A stretch of DNA of 64,000 nucleotides from a bacterium (GTDB lineage: Bacteria; Zhuqueibacterota; Zhuqueibacteria; Residuimicrobiales; Krinioviventaceae), in NCBI GenBank assembly GCA_963674595.2, contig CAXXFV010000027.1, positions 320,001-384,000 of the forward strand, written 5' to 3'. Shown one piece after another: positions 28,563 through 39,832 of the stretch; the stretch's first letter is position 1, and the number at the start of each line of letters is the position of its first letter. The notes under the pieces are model-generated. The model made no database searches, had not been told where the DNA came from, and was given only the letters and a program-made list of their open reading frames with translations. Position numbers and translations under genes: made by a program.

Positions 28563-29906
28563 CTATTCCTTTGGTTTCACATTCCAGACTGTACACGCCA
28601 GAATAAGGGACAAAATGGATGCACCGATCCAAAAATAAAACACTTTATCAAAATTATAGGTTGTAACCTGATCGTGAACTATTTTACCCGAATCAATTAA
28701 AAATCCGCTAATCCAATCCTGAGAGGCGGCGCCCATATAACTAAATAATCCGATAACACCTTTAACAGCACCGGCGGCTTTTTTGGGCATTAGATCAACC
28801 GCAATTAAGCCTGCCAAAAATACAATCAAACCTCCAATGGCAAATTCAAACCCACCCAGAGCTAAAACATCAAGCCAGCGATGACCGGCGGGAACAATAT
28901 ATAACAAAATCAGTGACCCTGTTAATAACAATCCATAAATCAGGGTTGGAACGTTTCGTCGTGAACCGAAAAACCGATCAGAAATAAATCCTGAACTTGC
29001 GGCCCCAGCCAGACCGACAAGCGTATTGGCGCCGATTAAAACGCCGGATTCGACCAGGGAATAATTCTTAACTTCCTGCAAATAAAGCGGTCCCCAACTG
29101 TGAATGGCATACCGGCAAACATACATCAATGCACTGCTTAATCCCAAAACCCAAACCATGGGACTTTTTAAAACCATTAATTGTAATTGTCCGACAGGTT
29201 CTTTAATCGGTTTTCCGGCCGAATAATCCTTTTTATAGTCGGCCACGTGCGGTAAACCATAGGTTTGTGGTCTATCGGCAAGCGTAAAAAACAAAACAGA
29301 AGCGACAATGATACAGGCAATACCGGGACCAATAAATCCCATTCTCCATCCCAGTGTACTTATTAAAAAGGATGTACCAATAAACGTAAGACCCTCACCA
29401 ATATTATGTGCACCGGCCCATATTCCATAGCGTGTACCTCTCTCTTTATTACTGAACCACTGACAAATCGATACAACACATGGAGCCGAGCCGATTGATT
29501 GAAACCAGCCGTTTAATCCCCATAATAACGCAAATAATAAAAAATGGGTAACGGAACCAAATATCAGGTTGACAAGAGCCGAAAGCAATAAAGCAACGGA
29601 CATAAACTTTCTGATGTTTGCCCTGTCAGCTAAAAAACCATTTGTAAATTTACCCACTGCATAAACATATAACAAAACAGCCCCGATAATTCCCAATTGT
29701 TTGGGAGAAAGAATTCCTGCATCAATTATAGGCTTTTTAGCGATTGAAAAATTCAGGCGGCAGATATAAAAAAAGCCATAACCGAAAACCAGGGAAAGAT
29801 AGGCCGTCCATCGTTTTCGTTCGTATATTTTTTTTATTTTAGCTTCATCTTCAATCAGAGGCTTATCAGGACCTGTTTTAAAAAAATCAACTATATATTT
29901 AAACAT
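28563..29906 (-). CDS. MFS organophosphate:Pi antiporter (GlpT/UhpT/PgtP family)
   Basis: GYGFFYICRLNFS, KFTNGFLAD, NGWFQS, WFSNKERG, AHNIG, YVCRY, AAGAVKG. Confidence 0.88.
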   Translation of the reverse strand: MFKYIVDFFKTGPDKPLIEDEAKIKKIYERKRWTAYLSLVFGYGFFYICRLNFSIAKKPIIDAGILSPKQLGIIGAVLLYVYAVGKFTNGFLADRANIRKFMSVALLLSALVNLIFGSVTHFLLFALLWGLNGWFQSIGSAPCVVSICQWFSNKERGTRYGIWAGAHNIGEGLTFIGTSFLISTLGWRMGFIGPGIACIIVASVLFFTLADRPQTYGLPHVADYKKDYSAGKPIKEPVGQLQLMVLKSPMVWVLGLSSALMYVCRYAIHSWGPLYLQEVKNYSLVESGVLIGANTLVGLAGAASSGFISDRFFGSRRNVPTLIYGLLLTGSLILLYIVPAGHRWLDVLALGGFEFAIGGLIVFLAGLIAVDLMPKKAAGAVKGVIGLFSYMGAASQDWISGFLIDSGKIVHDQVTTYNFDKVFYFWIGASILSLILACTVWNVKPKE

Positions 29907-29979
29907 TTGGGTTCCTTTTTCTATTGTAACAATGTTCTAAAATTTAATACAGAACAGTTAAATTATTCAGGATAAATTA

Positions 29980-31437
29980 TTACTCTAAAAATTTTAGCGA
30001 ATACAAGTCTGCATCTTTCATTGTAATTCGCAGACGAATGGTTTTACCGGCCAGACTGCTGACGTCTTCACTTTCGTTCCAGGAAACAATACGGGAAATT
30101 TCATTCCCAACAATCATTTGCGAATCTTCCCAACGGAAACCTGGAACAGGCTGACCGTGTTCATCCTGAAATTCCACACGAATTTCACCGGCAGCGGAGG
30201 TTGCATAGTTGAGTTCCAGTTTTTTTCCTGAAAAGGTAAAACATTTGGTCAACATCTCTCCGCCTTTATAAGGGGCCTTGAGAGAAGCAAAGCCATCAAG
30301 ACGTAATGTATACCGACGCATGTGGGCTGTGGGCTGAGCATAATTTTGGTTAACATAGATAGACATTTCATGTTCAGCCGTTTGTACTACATTCAATGCA
30401 GGATAATTAGAGCGTGATACCCAGTTCTCCAGTCCAATACCGGCACGAATAAAAGATTCCATAAAAGTTCGGTCATAAATACTGCCGCCCCGGGATGTCA
30501 TAAAAAAGGCATCGGAACAGTCTTTAAAATATTTATGATCAACTTTCAAGTCTTCTGCCTGTTGTTCCGTAAGTACCTGTTTATTCGGCATAAATCGTCC
30601 GCCTATGGCTACGTAAATTTGAGGAGCGCGAAAATAAGGATGGGTTTGCTGCGTATAAAGATGTTCTAAAGGTGTATTGCCAAAGGTCATTGGTACCGTA
30701 TCAGACCAGTTGACAAAATCCGGTGAAGTGGCCCTGCTGACCGTTCGAAACCCTTTAAACTTACCGCCGGACCAGGTACGGAAATAACAGACGTAACAAT
30801 TTTCAGTTTCAGACCAAAAAGAGACATTTTGAGAATCAAACTTGCCGTCGGTAATAACGGGCTCGTCCTGAACTCTTTTCCAGTGAATACCGTCAGCAGA
30901 AACATAGGCAATCAAACAACTTTTTTTATTACCTCCCAGTGCTTTAAAACGTTCTTTCGGTTTTGCATTGGGATTCGTATCCAGAAAGGGACTAAAGTTA
31001 TGAGTAACCGGTGCAGCCTCGGCCAAAACGATATTATTCTTTTTGGAACCGTTTACCTCAAACAGACCCAGTTCAGGCTTACGCCAATGAATACCGTCGT
31101 CCGATTCGGCATAACATGTTACTTCTGCGGCGGAATAATCCTTTCCGGATGAAGGAGATCCACGATAATAAAAACGATACAGGTCACCGTCCTTTATAAT
31201 CGTTGCATACCCGCACATTAAACCTTCCCAGGATTCGTTAAAAAAGAATACCGGTCCTTCGTCGCGTGGTTCGTGTAGTACAAGTTTCAAATTATCCAGC
31301 TTATCAATCAAATAATAATCGACAAACAATTCTCTTTTACTGTCGAGTTTCAGCAGGTTATCTTTGGCATTGGCGAAAGAAAAACCGACTGCCAGCAAAA
31401 ACAAAATCAGCCAAGTTGGTAGTTTTCGATGTTTCAT
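29980..31437 (-). CDS. Secreted five-bladed beta-propeller glycosidase-like protein with C-terminal beta-sandwich
   Basis: RELFVDYYLI, YAESDDGIHW.KPELG, SADGIHW, FDSQN, LRLDGFAS, DADLYSL; ATG 31437 with CAGGAG SD. Confidence 0.7.
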   Translation of the reverse strand: MKHRKLPTWLILFLLAVGFSFANAKDNLLKLDSKRELFVDYYLIDKLDNLKLVLHEPRDEGPVFFFNESWEGLMCGYATIIKDGDLYRFYYRGSPSSGKDYSAAEVTCYAESDDGIHWRKPELGLFEVNGSKKNNIVLAEAAPVTHNFSPFLDTNPNAKPKERFKALGGNKKSCLIAYVSADGIHWKRVQDEPVITDGKFDSQNVSFWSETENCYVCYFRTWSGGKFKGFRTVSRATSPDFVNWSDTVPMTFGNTPLEHLYTQQTHPYFRAPQIYVAIGGRFMPNKQVLTEQQAEDLKVDHKYFKDCSDAFFMTSRGGSIYDRTFMESFIRAGIGLENWVSRSNYPALNVVQTAEHEMSIYVNQNYAQPTAHMRRYTLRLDGFASLKAPYKGGEMLTKCFTFSGKKLELNYATSAAGEIRVEFQDEHGQPVPGFRWEDSQMIVGNEISRIVSWNESEDVSSLAGKTIRLRITMKDADLYSLKFLE

Positions 31438-31581
31438 GTCGACTCCTGAATATTTGTTTATATTATTTACTGCTTTTTTCATAACTCTTTAAAAAGATGG
31501 AAATATTTTTCATTTTTTTTATTATTAATAAATCTATAGTTACTCTTTTATACCAGGTATATTTCATTTTTGTCTTTATTA

Positions 31582-33789
31582 TCATTCGACCTTAACATCG
31601 ATGTTTACCCGTTTCGAAATATTTGTCAAGTTGATGGTCTGCGTTTGAATATTTAATTCTATTCCATCCTCTGTTACAAGAGAAACCATTTTTTTATCTT
31701 TTGGCAGTCTGACATGTAAAACCACTTTTGGAGCCATACAGTTGGAAAGGTCAACATATCCGGTTACCTGATTTATGCTTTTATTATATTGTAATTCATA
31801 AGAAACCGAGCCAAAGTGTGTGGGCATATCAAGTGCAATGATTTTCTCATCATTTTCCAGCCATTGACGGGCCGTGCCCCGGGCCAAATGCAGTGTATTG
31901 CCGTCTTCCATGACCAGGGCATCACGAATAAACCGACCGACAGCCAGCGGCGTCCACAGGTGCTGTAGATCGCCTGTACATGTTGTAGAGCCAGGTTCCT
32001 GTCCCCGTTCTTCACACCAGGAATAGAGCGGAGTGGCATGGTTCAACGTCGCATAAAGATATTTAACCGCATCATCACCTTCATTGCGATACAATTGCAC
32101 TTCAGCCAGATTATCAAGGGCGATAGCCACCCACAAGCCGTCCTTTAACCATCCCGTATTAACCGGTAATCCGCCGGGACTTATCCATGATTCAAGTTTA
32201 TTTATGGTACCGTTTATCAATTTATGATTTCGTTGCAACGTGGCACAGGGCCAGGCAGCATACAGAGCGCCCCAGCGACTGCCGTCTGTTTTGTTGGCAA
32301 CACCGGGTATCCATTGATAACCGTTTTCAGAAATAGCACCATGATCCAGTGACCATTGCAAGTCTTTCAATCCGGTGCGATGAATATTTGTCAACTCTTC
32401 AATATCATTTGTTTTTTCCAAAATACGAGCCGCCTCAAGCGTCAGCGAGTCTGCATAAACTGTCCAGATATTATGGGGCAGGAACACACCAATCAGATCA
32501 TCCCCATCCATTAAACCGCAATCCCCCATACCGCGCGGCATCAAACCATACTCCGTCGTCCGTTTACCGTCAACTAATTTTCGGGTTTTCATTCGCTGGG
32601 TTTCCTGCCAGCGGGAACTGGCCAGCATTCGAGGATAAACACCTTCAAGATAATCTTTGTCCTTTGTCAACAAATAATGTTCCATAACAGCCCACGCCTT
32701 AAAACCCGTAATTCCCCACATATAATGCGCCCATCCTTTCGGATCGTTCCAGTTGCCATCTTTATCCTGAAGATCAATACAAACCTGAAGTCCCAAAGCC
32801 GCATCCGCATGCAGGCCGACCTGATCTAAAAAGATAGAAACGATTGAAGGCTCACCTGAGCTGGCAGCACGATATTTTTCAGTACCCGGAGTACCGGCTA
32901 TATATTCGGGAGTGACATGTTCCCTCATTATAAAACAGTCTGCCAGTCCGGCATAAAAGGCATTTTGAACAGCCGGGTCAGGAATATGAATTTGCACAGC
33001 TTGTCCGACAAGATCATACCAGACTTTTTTAGCCTGATTAAACTCTTTGCTCCAATCCATTTTTCGAAGAGTAACAAGCTGAGAATGGTAGGCTACATAG
33101 GGACGAACTATCCAGCCGGTCCTTTTTTCACCAGGTTCCAAATACCATACCTGTGAAATTGTAGTAACTGCCTTTACAGGTTGTTCATCTCCACCCGTCA
33201 TAAACAGTATAATACGATCAGCCCTGTCATCCATCCCGGCCAGCATCACATCACTGTCCCAATCGATCTGAATCCAGGCAGGATTATAGGCCCTTGTTAT
33301 TCTATCGTTAACACAATTAATGGTAATACTATGGCTTTGGTTATCGTTATTTTCCATATCAATTCGTACAAGTGCGGCTGATTCTGCACCAATAACCTGC
33401 ATTTTTGTTAGAACAGACTGTTGCTCGTACGTTGTTTCCACCATTGGCAGCCAGCCTTCAGCACGTTGATAGGTACAGTTTGCAAACTCTTTTCCGTCTA
33501 GCTCCGGTTTTATAAAAACATACCAATTGGCATCCGGTTTGGTAAAACTCGCCACAGGTTTGCTTAACAAGTTGTCGAAAGACCACTTTAAACGCATTTG
33601 CTGAGGATAGACATCAACCAGGGTTTTATCGCTGGCATTTGGCATGGATACTGTCAACCGGTGCGGTGTGGAAAAAGCATAACTAAAATCCACCGTCATA
33701 GCAGAATTATTTTCGGTATTATCTTTTGCACTTGCAAATGAAATTAAAGTAAAAAATGTCAGAATAATTTTAATATATCTCTTTTTCAT
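31582..33789 (-). CDS. Secreted (alpha/alpha)6 six-hairpin glycosidase-like protein
   Basis: Signal peptide; EHYLLTKDKDYL, GLMPRG.GD, SWCEER, GDLQHLW, LHLARG...MPTHFGSV. Confidence 0.65.
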   Translation of the reverse strand: MKKRYIKIILTFFTLISFASAKDNTENNSAMTVDFSYAFSTPHRLTVSMPNASDKTLVDVYPQQMRLKWSFDNLLSKPVASFTKPDANWYVFIKPELDGKEFANCTYQRAEGWLPMVETTYEQQSVLTKMQVIGAESAALVRIDMENNDNQSHSITINCVNDRITRAYNPAWIQIDWDSDVMLAGMDDRADRIILFMTGGDEQPVKAVTTISQVWYLEPGEKRTGWIVRPYVAYHSQLVTLRKMDWSKEFNQAKKVWYDLVGQAVQIHIPDPAVQNAFYAGLADCFIMREHVTPEYIAGTPGTEKYRAASSGEPSIVSIFLDQVGLHADAALGLQVCIDLQDKDGNWNDPKGWAHYMWGITGFKAWAVMEHYLLTKDKDYLEGVYPRMLASSRWQETQRMKTRKLVDGKRTTEYGLMPRGMGDCGLMDGDDLIGVFLPHNIWTVYADSLTLEAARILEKTNDIEELTNIHRTGLKDLQWSLDHGAISENGYQWIPGVANKTDGSRWGALYAAWPCATLQRNHKLINGTINKLESWISPGGLPVNTGWLKDGLWVAIALDNLAEVQLYRNEGDDAVKYLYATLNHATPLYSWCEERGQEPGSTTCTGDLQHLWTPLAVGRFIRDALVMEDGNTLHLARGTARQWLENDEKIIALDMPTHFGSVSYELQYNKSINQVTGYVDLSNCMAPKVVLHVRLPKDKKMVSLVTEDGIELNIQTQTINLTNISKRVNIDVKVE

Positions 33790-33843
33790 TTTTACTCCTT
33801 TTTAACTTGAATACATTTTTATTTTATATCCAATAACCATTAA

Positions 33844-35304
33844 TTATGGTTTTAATCCTTCATTATCTTTTTCCGTCATATAGCTAAATAATTCTGCATT
33901 TTTCAAATAAAACCTTAACCGAATCGGTTGTCCTTTCATGAGACTGTCATTATTTTTCCATTTAATATGGTGCCGAACACTATCACTTTTGACAGGCACA
34001 CACTCTTTATGAGAATAACCGGGAATAATTTCTCCCTCGGCATCGAGTACAGCAACCGATAGATTGCCCTGATGAGCATCAGCATTAACAATAAGATGAT
34101 CACCTGATGTTGTAAAAGTGCCGGTTTCGATCCATCCTCCCTTTTCATCAGCCTTTATAGAGACCATTCCATCCAGCCTCCAAACAGCACGTGCGATTGT
34201 TATCTTTTTTTCAGGTACATACCCGCCGTGCGTTGTGGTTATTGCCGTATAATATATCCACATTTCATTATCAACAATAACAGGTGAGTTGGCAACTCCC
34301 AGGATACACCCCGCATCATAGTCATAGGGTCCGTTTGGAATTACCGGACTCCGGTCCGAACAACGCTGCCATTCCCGTCCGTCACGACTGTGAACAACCT
34401 GAACATCTATCGGGCCGTCATATTTACTTTGTTTGGGCCCCTTTTCCTTTGGCTCGCCATTATAACGAAAATGAGTTATCAAGCCTAGCCACTGACCAGC
34501 ATATTGAAATGCCGATATGTTATAAAATTGTGAACAAATGCCCCCTTCTGCCCTGGTTTGATCATCATCTGTTTCATCCGGCGCCATAACCAATTCAGGC
34601 TCTGACCAGTTTTGCACATCTTTACTTGTCGACAGATAAACCAGCCTGCGTCTGTGTCCGCGATATTCATGCGTCAGCTTGTGAAATGCTAAATATTCCT
34701 GTCGGCACGAATCAAAAGCCAAAGTGCAGGTATCACTGCCATCCAAAACAGGATTCTTAAGGTATGGCTTCCAGTTTAAACCGTCGGAAGAACAGGCCGC
34801 ATAATATCCGCGAACCGGTTTTTTGATACAACCGATCATAGTATACCGTTTATCAGGGTCACTAGACTGAGGATTAAAAACAACACTGGGACTGTGCATA
34901 GCGTATACAATATTATTATCTGTGGAGCCCTCATAATCCCAAATTCCTAAACCGGGCCGATCCCAAACAATGCCGTCTTTTGAGGTCGCTGCCATGATTA
35001 AATTAAAACTACTCATATACCACATGGTAAAAGAATCATTTTTTGCATCATACAAAACAGTCCCATAAACGTAAACACGGTCGTCTTCCCAGGGTTTTTC
35101 CGCATGCAAAACAGGTGACGGTAATTTTTTACAGGCATTTGCTTTCCTCACCACACCTTCTTTGTTCGCAATGCGGTAATCATCAACAAATATTTGTCGC
35201 TGTCCGGGGAATAAAGTAAACGGCGCACCTGCAGATGAAGGTGAATAAAGAGCACAAATAGAAAAAACTAGTATTATTGAGAACGAAATTTTATAGAACA
35301 TCAT
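33844..35304 (-). CDS. Secreted five-bladed beta-propeller glycosidase-like protein (paralogue of 29980..31437)
   Basis: QIFVDDYRI, ATSKDGIVWDRPGLG, SSDGLNW, SRDGREW, WRLDGMVS, NAELFSY. Confidence 0.7.
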   Translation of the reverse strand: MMFYKISFSIILVFSICALYSPSSAGAPFTLFPGQRQIFVDDYRIANKEGVVRKANACKKLPSPVLHAEKPWEDDRVYVYGTVLYDAKNDSFTMWYMSSFNLIMAATSKDGIVWDRPGLGIWDYEGSTDNNIVYAMHSPSVVFNPQSSDPDKRYTMIGCIKKPVRGYYAACSSDGLNWKPYLKNPVLDGSDTCTLAFDSCRQEYLAFHKLTHEYRGHRRRLVYLSTSKDVQNWSEPELVMAPDETDDDQTRAEGGICSQFYNISAFQYAGQWLGLITHFRYNGEPKEKGPKQSKYDGPIDVQVVHSRDGREWQRCSDRSPVIPNGPYDYDAGCILGVANSPVIVDNEMWIYYTAITTTHGGYVPEKKITIARAVWRLDGMVSIKADEKGGWIETGTFTTSGDHLIVNADAHQGNLSVAVLDAEGEIIPGYSHKECVPVKSDSVRHHIKWKNNDSLMKGQPIRLRFYLKNAELFSYMTEKDNEGLKP

Positions 35305-35401
35305 GTTTAATTCGTCTCCTGAGAATTTTCACAAAATAAAATCCGGGACCAAATTATTAAAAAATGACGCTAATTATCATTCTATTAAAATGGATACGAT
35401 T

Positions 35402-36589
35402 TTAAAACGAACTGTTTTTATTTTTTATTTTTTTAATCACTCCCAGCGGATTTACAGCGCTGGCGACATAGTTGTTAATTTTGACATAATCAACGTTGAT
35501 ACATTCATAAGGTCCGCGCTGCTGGTAATCCGATATCAGATCGGTTAATATTTTGCTGCTTTGCTCAGGATATTTTTCTAAAAGTGCAAAAGCAATCCAC
35601 CCGGAAGCCGTACCCCAATAAGCGCCGTTTTGATAGGTCCCGGGTTTGACCGGGATTAACGTTTTTTTCCATGTTTCCGGTTCAGTAAGATGCCTGATCT
35701 GACCATTCATAATATATTTTTCGCGATTGTTATACAAAAAATCAACAATCCTGCTTTTTTTATCGCCCAATGGAAATCCGATATAAACAGCGTAAGCGTT
35801 ACCCCAAATATCAATCTGACGGCAGTCAATTGTTGCGGCGTAAAACATTCCGGAATCTTTATCCCAAAGTTTCTCCAGACTTTTTTCAATTGTTTTTGCC
35901 CTTTTACCATATTCGGACACCATTTGCTTGTCACCAGTTTGTTTATATAATGCCGTCAATTCCCAGCAAGCTTCCCAGTAAAGCAGAGAAGAAAACAACA
36001 ATTCTCCGGTTTTCTGGATTGTATCTGTAAAACCATAGGGAGAGTGCGGAAACCGTGGATCGATATAAACCAAACCATCGACACTGCGAGGAACATAATC
36101 CATCGCTGCATCAAGTTTTTTAGAACAGGATTTAAAAAATTCAATATCCTGTGTATTTTTAACATATTCGGCAACCAGTTTGACCATAAATTGCGTATTA
36201 TCTGAAGGCGGATCGCCAAGAGGATTATCAACAGGTCCGGCACTGTATATAGCGAGACCGTCTGCCCTGACCCTGTCCGGAATACAACCATCTGCCCGCC
36301 TACCGTTTAACAGATAAACGATAGCATTTTTCACATCACCATTCGGTATAAGGTGAAACGCATTTTCAACCATATAACCAAAATCACGGGTCCACATGCC
36401 CTTGTAATTTCCTTCACCGTCCGGTGTGTAAAGTGTGGTGCTGTCAAATCCTGTGACCCGGCAGCCCATAATCTGTTTTTCAGCTTCCTGCTCCAACCAG
36501 GTTTCCATTTCCACCGGAACGATATTTTTCTTTTTTGTACAGCCCAAAAGCACCAAAAATGAAAATAATAGCATAACTATCTTTTTCAT
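35402..36589 (-). CDS. Lipoprotein, (alpha/alpha)6 glycosidase-like (amylo-alpha-1,6-glucosidase / GH63-like)
   Basis: Lipobox LLGC; MWTRDF, YGFTD, LWDKDSGMF, PGTYQNGAYW, YEC; ATG 36589 with GAGG SD. Confidence 0.7.
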   Translation of the reverse strand: MKKIVMLLFSFLVLLGCTKKKNIVPVEMETWLEQEAEKQIMGCRVTGFDSTTLYTPDGEGNYKGMWTRDFGYMVENAFHLIPNGDVKNAIVYLLNGRRADGCIPDRVRADGLAIYSAGPVDNPLGDPPSDNTQFMVKLVAEYVKNTQDIEFFKSCSKKLDAAMDYVPRSVDGLVYIDPRFPHSPYGFTDTIQKTGELLFSSLLYWEACWELTALYKQTGDKQMVSEYGKRAKTIEKSLEKLWDKDSGMFYAATIDCRQIDIWGNAYAVYIGFPLGDKKSRIVDFLYNNREKYIMNGQIRHLTEPETWKKTLIPVKPGTYQNGAYWGTASGWIAFALLEKYPEQSSKILTDLISDYQQRGPYECINVDYVKINNYVASAVNPLGVIKKIKNKNSSF

Positions 36590-36643
36590 GACAAACCTCA
36601 ATTTTTCAAGAATATAATAAATAACTTTTCCTTATTTCCAAAT

Positions 36644-39600
36644 TTACTCAATCACTGCGTTAATCACATCCATCACAATGCGAAATTCACTATCCGCACC
36701 GGTCGGATTCCAGGGTGTTCCGGCAGATTCGCTGATGCCGTCTTTGAGAATTTGCTGAATTTCTTTTTCATTATTTTGCAACTTGGCTTTAACCCATTGT
36801 ACGACAATATCATTATCAGATTTGGCGTTTTCCCAGTCTCGCAAAAGCCGGTCGGCTTTATCTTTTTCACCGAGTTTGTTAAAAGCCAGCATACTGACGT
36901 AATTCACCGAGCTCCAATCATTTTTCAAGGATTCGGTAGCAGCCGCTATTTTATTATAATATTCTTTGGCCTGGTCATCTCTGCCCATCTTTTCCAGACA
37001 CAATCCTGTTATATAATCTTCCAATCGCTCGTCTGTTACCGTTGGTTTTCCGGTACCGAGATTTTCAGGATAAAGCCGGGCGTCATTTGCCGCCTGTTTT
37101 GCCTTGTCATAAGAACCCTTTTTAATAAATTCAGCCGCATACAACAGGCAGGCACGTCTGTAAATCACATGCCCAAAACGCGCTCCCTCTGAAGGAAGAA
37201 TCGTTGTATTTTTTAAAACATCCAGACATTTTTTATATTTTCCGTTATACAAAAGTCCCTGAGAATAATCCAGAGCCAGTTTGTACTTTTCCCTTGAAAA
37301 CCTGGCAAACGCTTTTTGAGAATTTTGTAAAGCATTGCTGTAATCATTGCGGTTCAGGTAAAAATTAGAAAGTTCATGCCATGTCAGCCATTGTTCGGGA
37401 TCCATTTGTAAGGCTTTTTCTAAATCGTATAATTTCTGTTCCGGTTGTCCGTCACCGATTTGATAACGAATCAGATAAAACGGGGCATAATCCGGCTGAT
37501 CACCGAGTTGCCGCAACAGGGTCTCAGCCTTCTCTCTTTTATTAATATTATAATATAACAAAGCCAGATAATAGTCTGGTTTCCAGCTTTTGCTATTCTG
37601 AATAGCCCATGTAAGCACAGGGATGGTTTCCTGACGATATGGAAAAACCAGAAAGGGACTCATGTTATCGGCCTTATCCAGAAACTCGATGCCTTTAGCA
37701 TTATCTCTATTTATATAGGAGCGCCAGTAACAGACAGTCGCGTTTTGGGGAGATAAGGATAACAGTTTTTGGGCTATATCCAGACAACCAAGTTGGTAAT
37801 AAAAGAGCATATTCTCCAGATAGGTTTCTACAGGAAATTCGTTTCTGATCATGGATGTAAAATTAGTTAAATTTTCTTTCTCCGGATTGAGCAAATATTT
37901 TTCAAAACGGGCAAAATGGTTCAACGGATCGATGGTGAGGATGTCTGCCAGGACTTTCTCCGCCTGGTCCTTTCTATTTTGTAAACGCAGTGTAACAGCC
38001 AATACCTTTAGAGCGTTTATATTTTTTCGGTTAAAATCCAAAGACTTATATACGTATCTTTCAACACGATTGTATTTTTTTTCAACAAAGGCAATTTCAG
38101 CCAATTGCTGAAAAGCAGCGGAGCGATACTCCATATCACGTGACGCCCAACTGAATCCGTCCTTTGCATCGGCCATGTTGCCAAGTTCACGATTAATAAC
38201 ACCCCATATAAAATTGGCACCAGCATCATAAGCATCATTTGCCAGCGCTTTTTTAGCATATTCCAGTCCTTTTTCATAATCTGTAAACCGGTAACAGATT
38301 TCGGCCAGTAACGCCAGTGCCGGATTATAATTCGGCTCTTTTCCAAGACAGTTTACAAGAGTGTTATAAGCACTGGAAAAAGCGCGTTGACGGTATTGTT
38401 CCAGGGCGGTTGTATATAAACCATTGACCGATTCCCAGTCAAAATCCGGATTGGCCACCAGCGGTCTGGACAAACGGTTCTTTTTATCTCTTTCCATGCT
38501 ATAGTGTAATTTTTCATCACCAAGACAGACATCTAACGGTTCTGACGGACCATTAATCTGAACAGAATCGATGAAAACACTATTTGCCGCAATTTTCACA
38601 TGTTTTGAATAAACTTGTTTGCCACCGAATTTTATGACAAGATCATCATCAATCTGCTGTAAAGCGCTGATGCCGACATGAACCTGTTCAGCCTGCATGG
38701 TAACATTCATCGAACCATAGGGTGAGCCGTCTATCATGCCGCCGATATCTTTAACAGGAAACCACAGTTCCTGAAAGGACTGTGATTCATTGGCGCTATA
38801 ATGAACATGTTTAAAGGGAGTTTGACTGCTTGAACTGCCTGCCTGGTTAAACAAAAGACCGGTTTGCATTTCAATGTATTGCAGATTTCCGGGAATATCT
38901 GTTAATAAATTCCTCCAGATTTCACCGCTCCGGGCCAAAGACCAAATCCACAGTTTTTTACCCGGTTTTTCATCGTAAAGCGCCCAGTGACCGTAACCAA
39001 AGTCAGAATTTTTATAATAGCCCCCAAAATACTCGGCATAATTACCAAGTATATGATAGGATTTATTATTACCAAAATTATTATTTGCATAGGCAGAGAC
39101 ATTTCGCCCGTCCTCATTAACGGGCCATAGTCCGAGTTCACCTCCGTGGCCTATTTCATGAGAATCGGGATAATAAAAATACAAATCCTTTGATGCATTG
39201 GCGGCCGCATTCATCCAATGATAACAGGGTTGGTTTAAAACAGTCGGATTAAAAACAAAGCTGTTTGTTTCAAAATAGGCTTTATCCGGATACAGTTTAA
39301 CTTCCACCCGCCATTCCAGTCTGCTGGGAAGGTCCATTGTACCAAGGAAACAACTTACACTGCCGTCATCATTTTTTCTTGTCAGGTAATCGACCGGAGT
39401 GGCTGTCGCCGGAGTATGCCCGATAACACCAAAATTAAATTCCATTCCCCCGGAAGTCCAGGGGCCGCGCATGGCAATATCACGAAACTTGACGACTTTA
39501 TTATAATAGATAAAAGCCTTGTCTTTTTCCTTCTCTATAGCGCCCCACACTTTACCGCCTATTTCAGGCGCCACTACAACCTTAATATACGGATTCTCCA

Positions 39601-39832
39601 ACGTGACCATGTTCCAGGCTTGTTTTTTGCCTTCCAGACTGTAACCATTAAATTTAAAATAAGGATATATTTTGCCCATAATCGGTATCGGACTTGGTTC
39701 GGAAAAGGGATATGTTTTAAACATAATTTTTTCTTCTATAACAGAAGCGTTTTCAGCATAGACAATATATGATGACAACAAAATCACTACTGATAGAAAT
39801 AAAGGGATCAAGAATTTTTTGGTGTTATGCAT
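36644..39832 (-). CDS. DUF5107 domain plus tetratricopeptide-repeat protein
   Basis: LENPYIKVVVAPEIGGKVW, GPWTSGGMEFN, PGKKLWIW, YIEMQTG, then many TPRs and YPENLGTGKP; ATG 39832 with AAGGA SD. Confidence 0.88.
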   Translation of the reverse strand: MHNTKKFLIPLFLSVVILLSSYIVYAENASVIEEKIMFKTYPFSEPSPIPIMGKIYPYFKFNGYSLEGKKQAWNMVTLENPYIKVVVAPEIGGKVWGAIEKEKDKAFIYYNKVVKFRDIAMRGPWTSGGMEFNFGVIGHTPATATPVDYLTRKNDDGSVSCFLGTMDLPSRLEWRVEVKLYPDKAYFETNSFVFNPTVLNQPCYHWMNAAANASKDLYFYYPDSHEIGHGGELGLWPVNEDGRNVSAYANNNFGNNKSYHILGNYAEYFGGYYKNSDFGYGHWALYDEKPGKKLWIWSLARSGEIWRNLLTDIPGNLQYIEMQTGLLFNQAGSSSSQTPFKHVHYSANESQSFQELWFPVKDIGGMIDGSPYGSMNVTMQAEQVHVGISALQQIDDDLVIKFGGKQVYSKHVKIAANSVFIDSVQINGPSEPLDVCLGDEKLHYSMERDKKNRLSRPLVANPDFDWESVNGLYTTALEQYRQRAFSSAYNTLVNCLGKEPNYNPALALLAEICYRFTDYEKGLEYAKKALANDAYDAGANFIWGVINRELGNMADAKDGFSWASRDMEYRSAAFQQLAEIAFVEKKYNRVERYVYKSLDFNRKNINALKVLAVTLRLQNRKDQAEKVLADILTIDPLNHFARFEKYLLNPEKENLTNFTSMIRNEFPVETYLENMLFYYQLGCLDIAQKLLSLSPQNATVCYWRSYINRDNAKGIEFLDKADNMSPFLVFPYRQETIPVLTWAIQNSKSWKPDYYLALLYYNINKREKAETLLRQLGDQPDYAPFYLIRYQIGDGQPEQKLYDLEKALQMDPEQWLTWHELSNFYLNRNDYSNALQNSQKAFARFSREKYKLALDYSQGLLYNGKYKKCLDVLKNTTILPSEGARFGHVIYRRACLLYAAEFIKKGSYDKAKQAANDARLYPENLGTGKPTVTDERLEDYITGLCLEKMGRDDQAKEYYNKIAAATESLKNDWSSVNYVSMLAFNKLGEKDKADRLLRDWENAKSDNDIVVQWVKAKLQNNEKEIQQILKDGISESAGTPWNPTGADSEFRIVMDVINAVIE

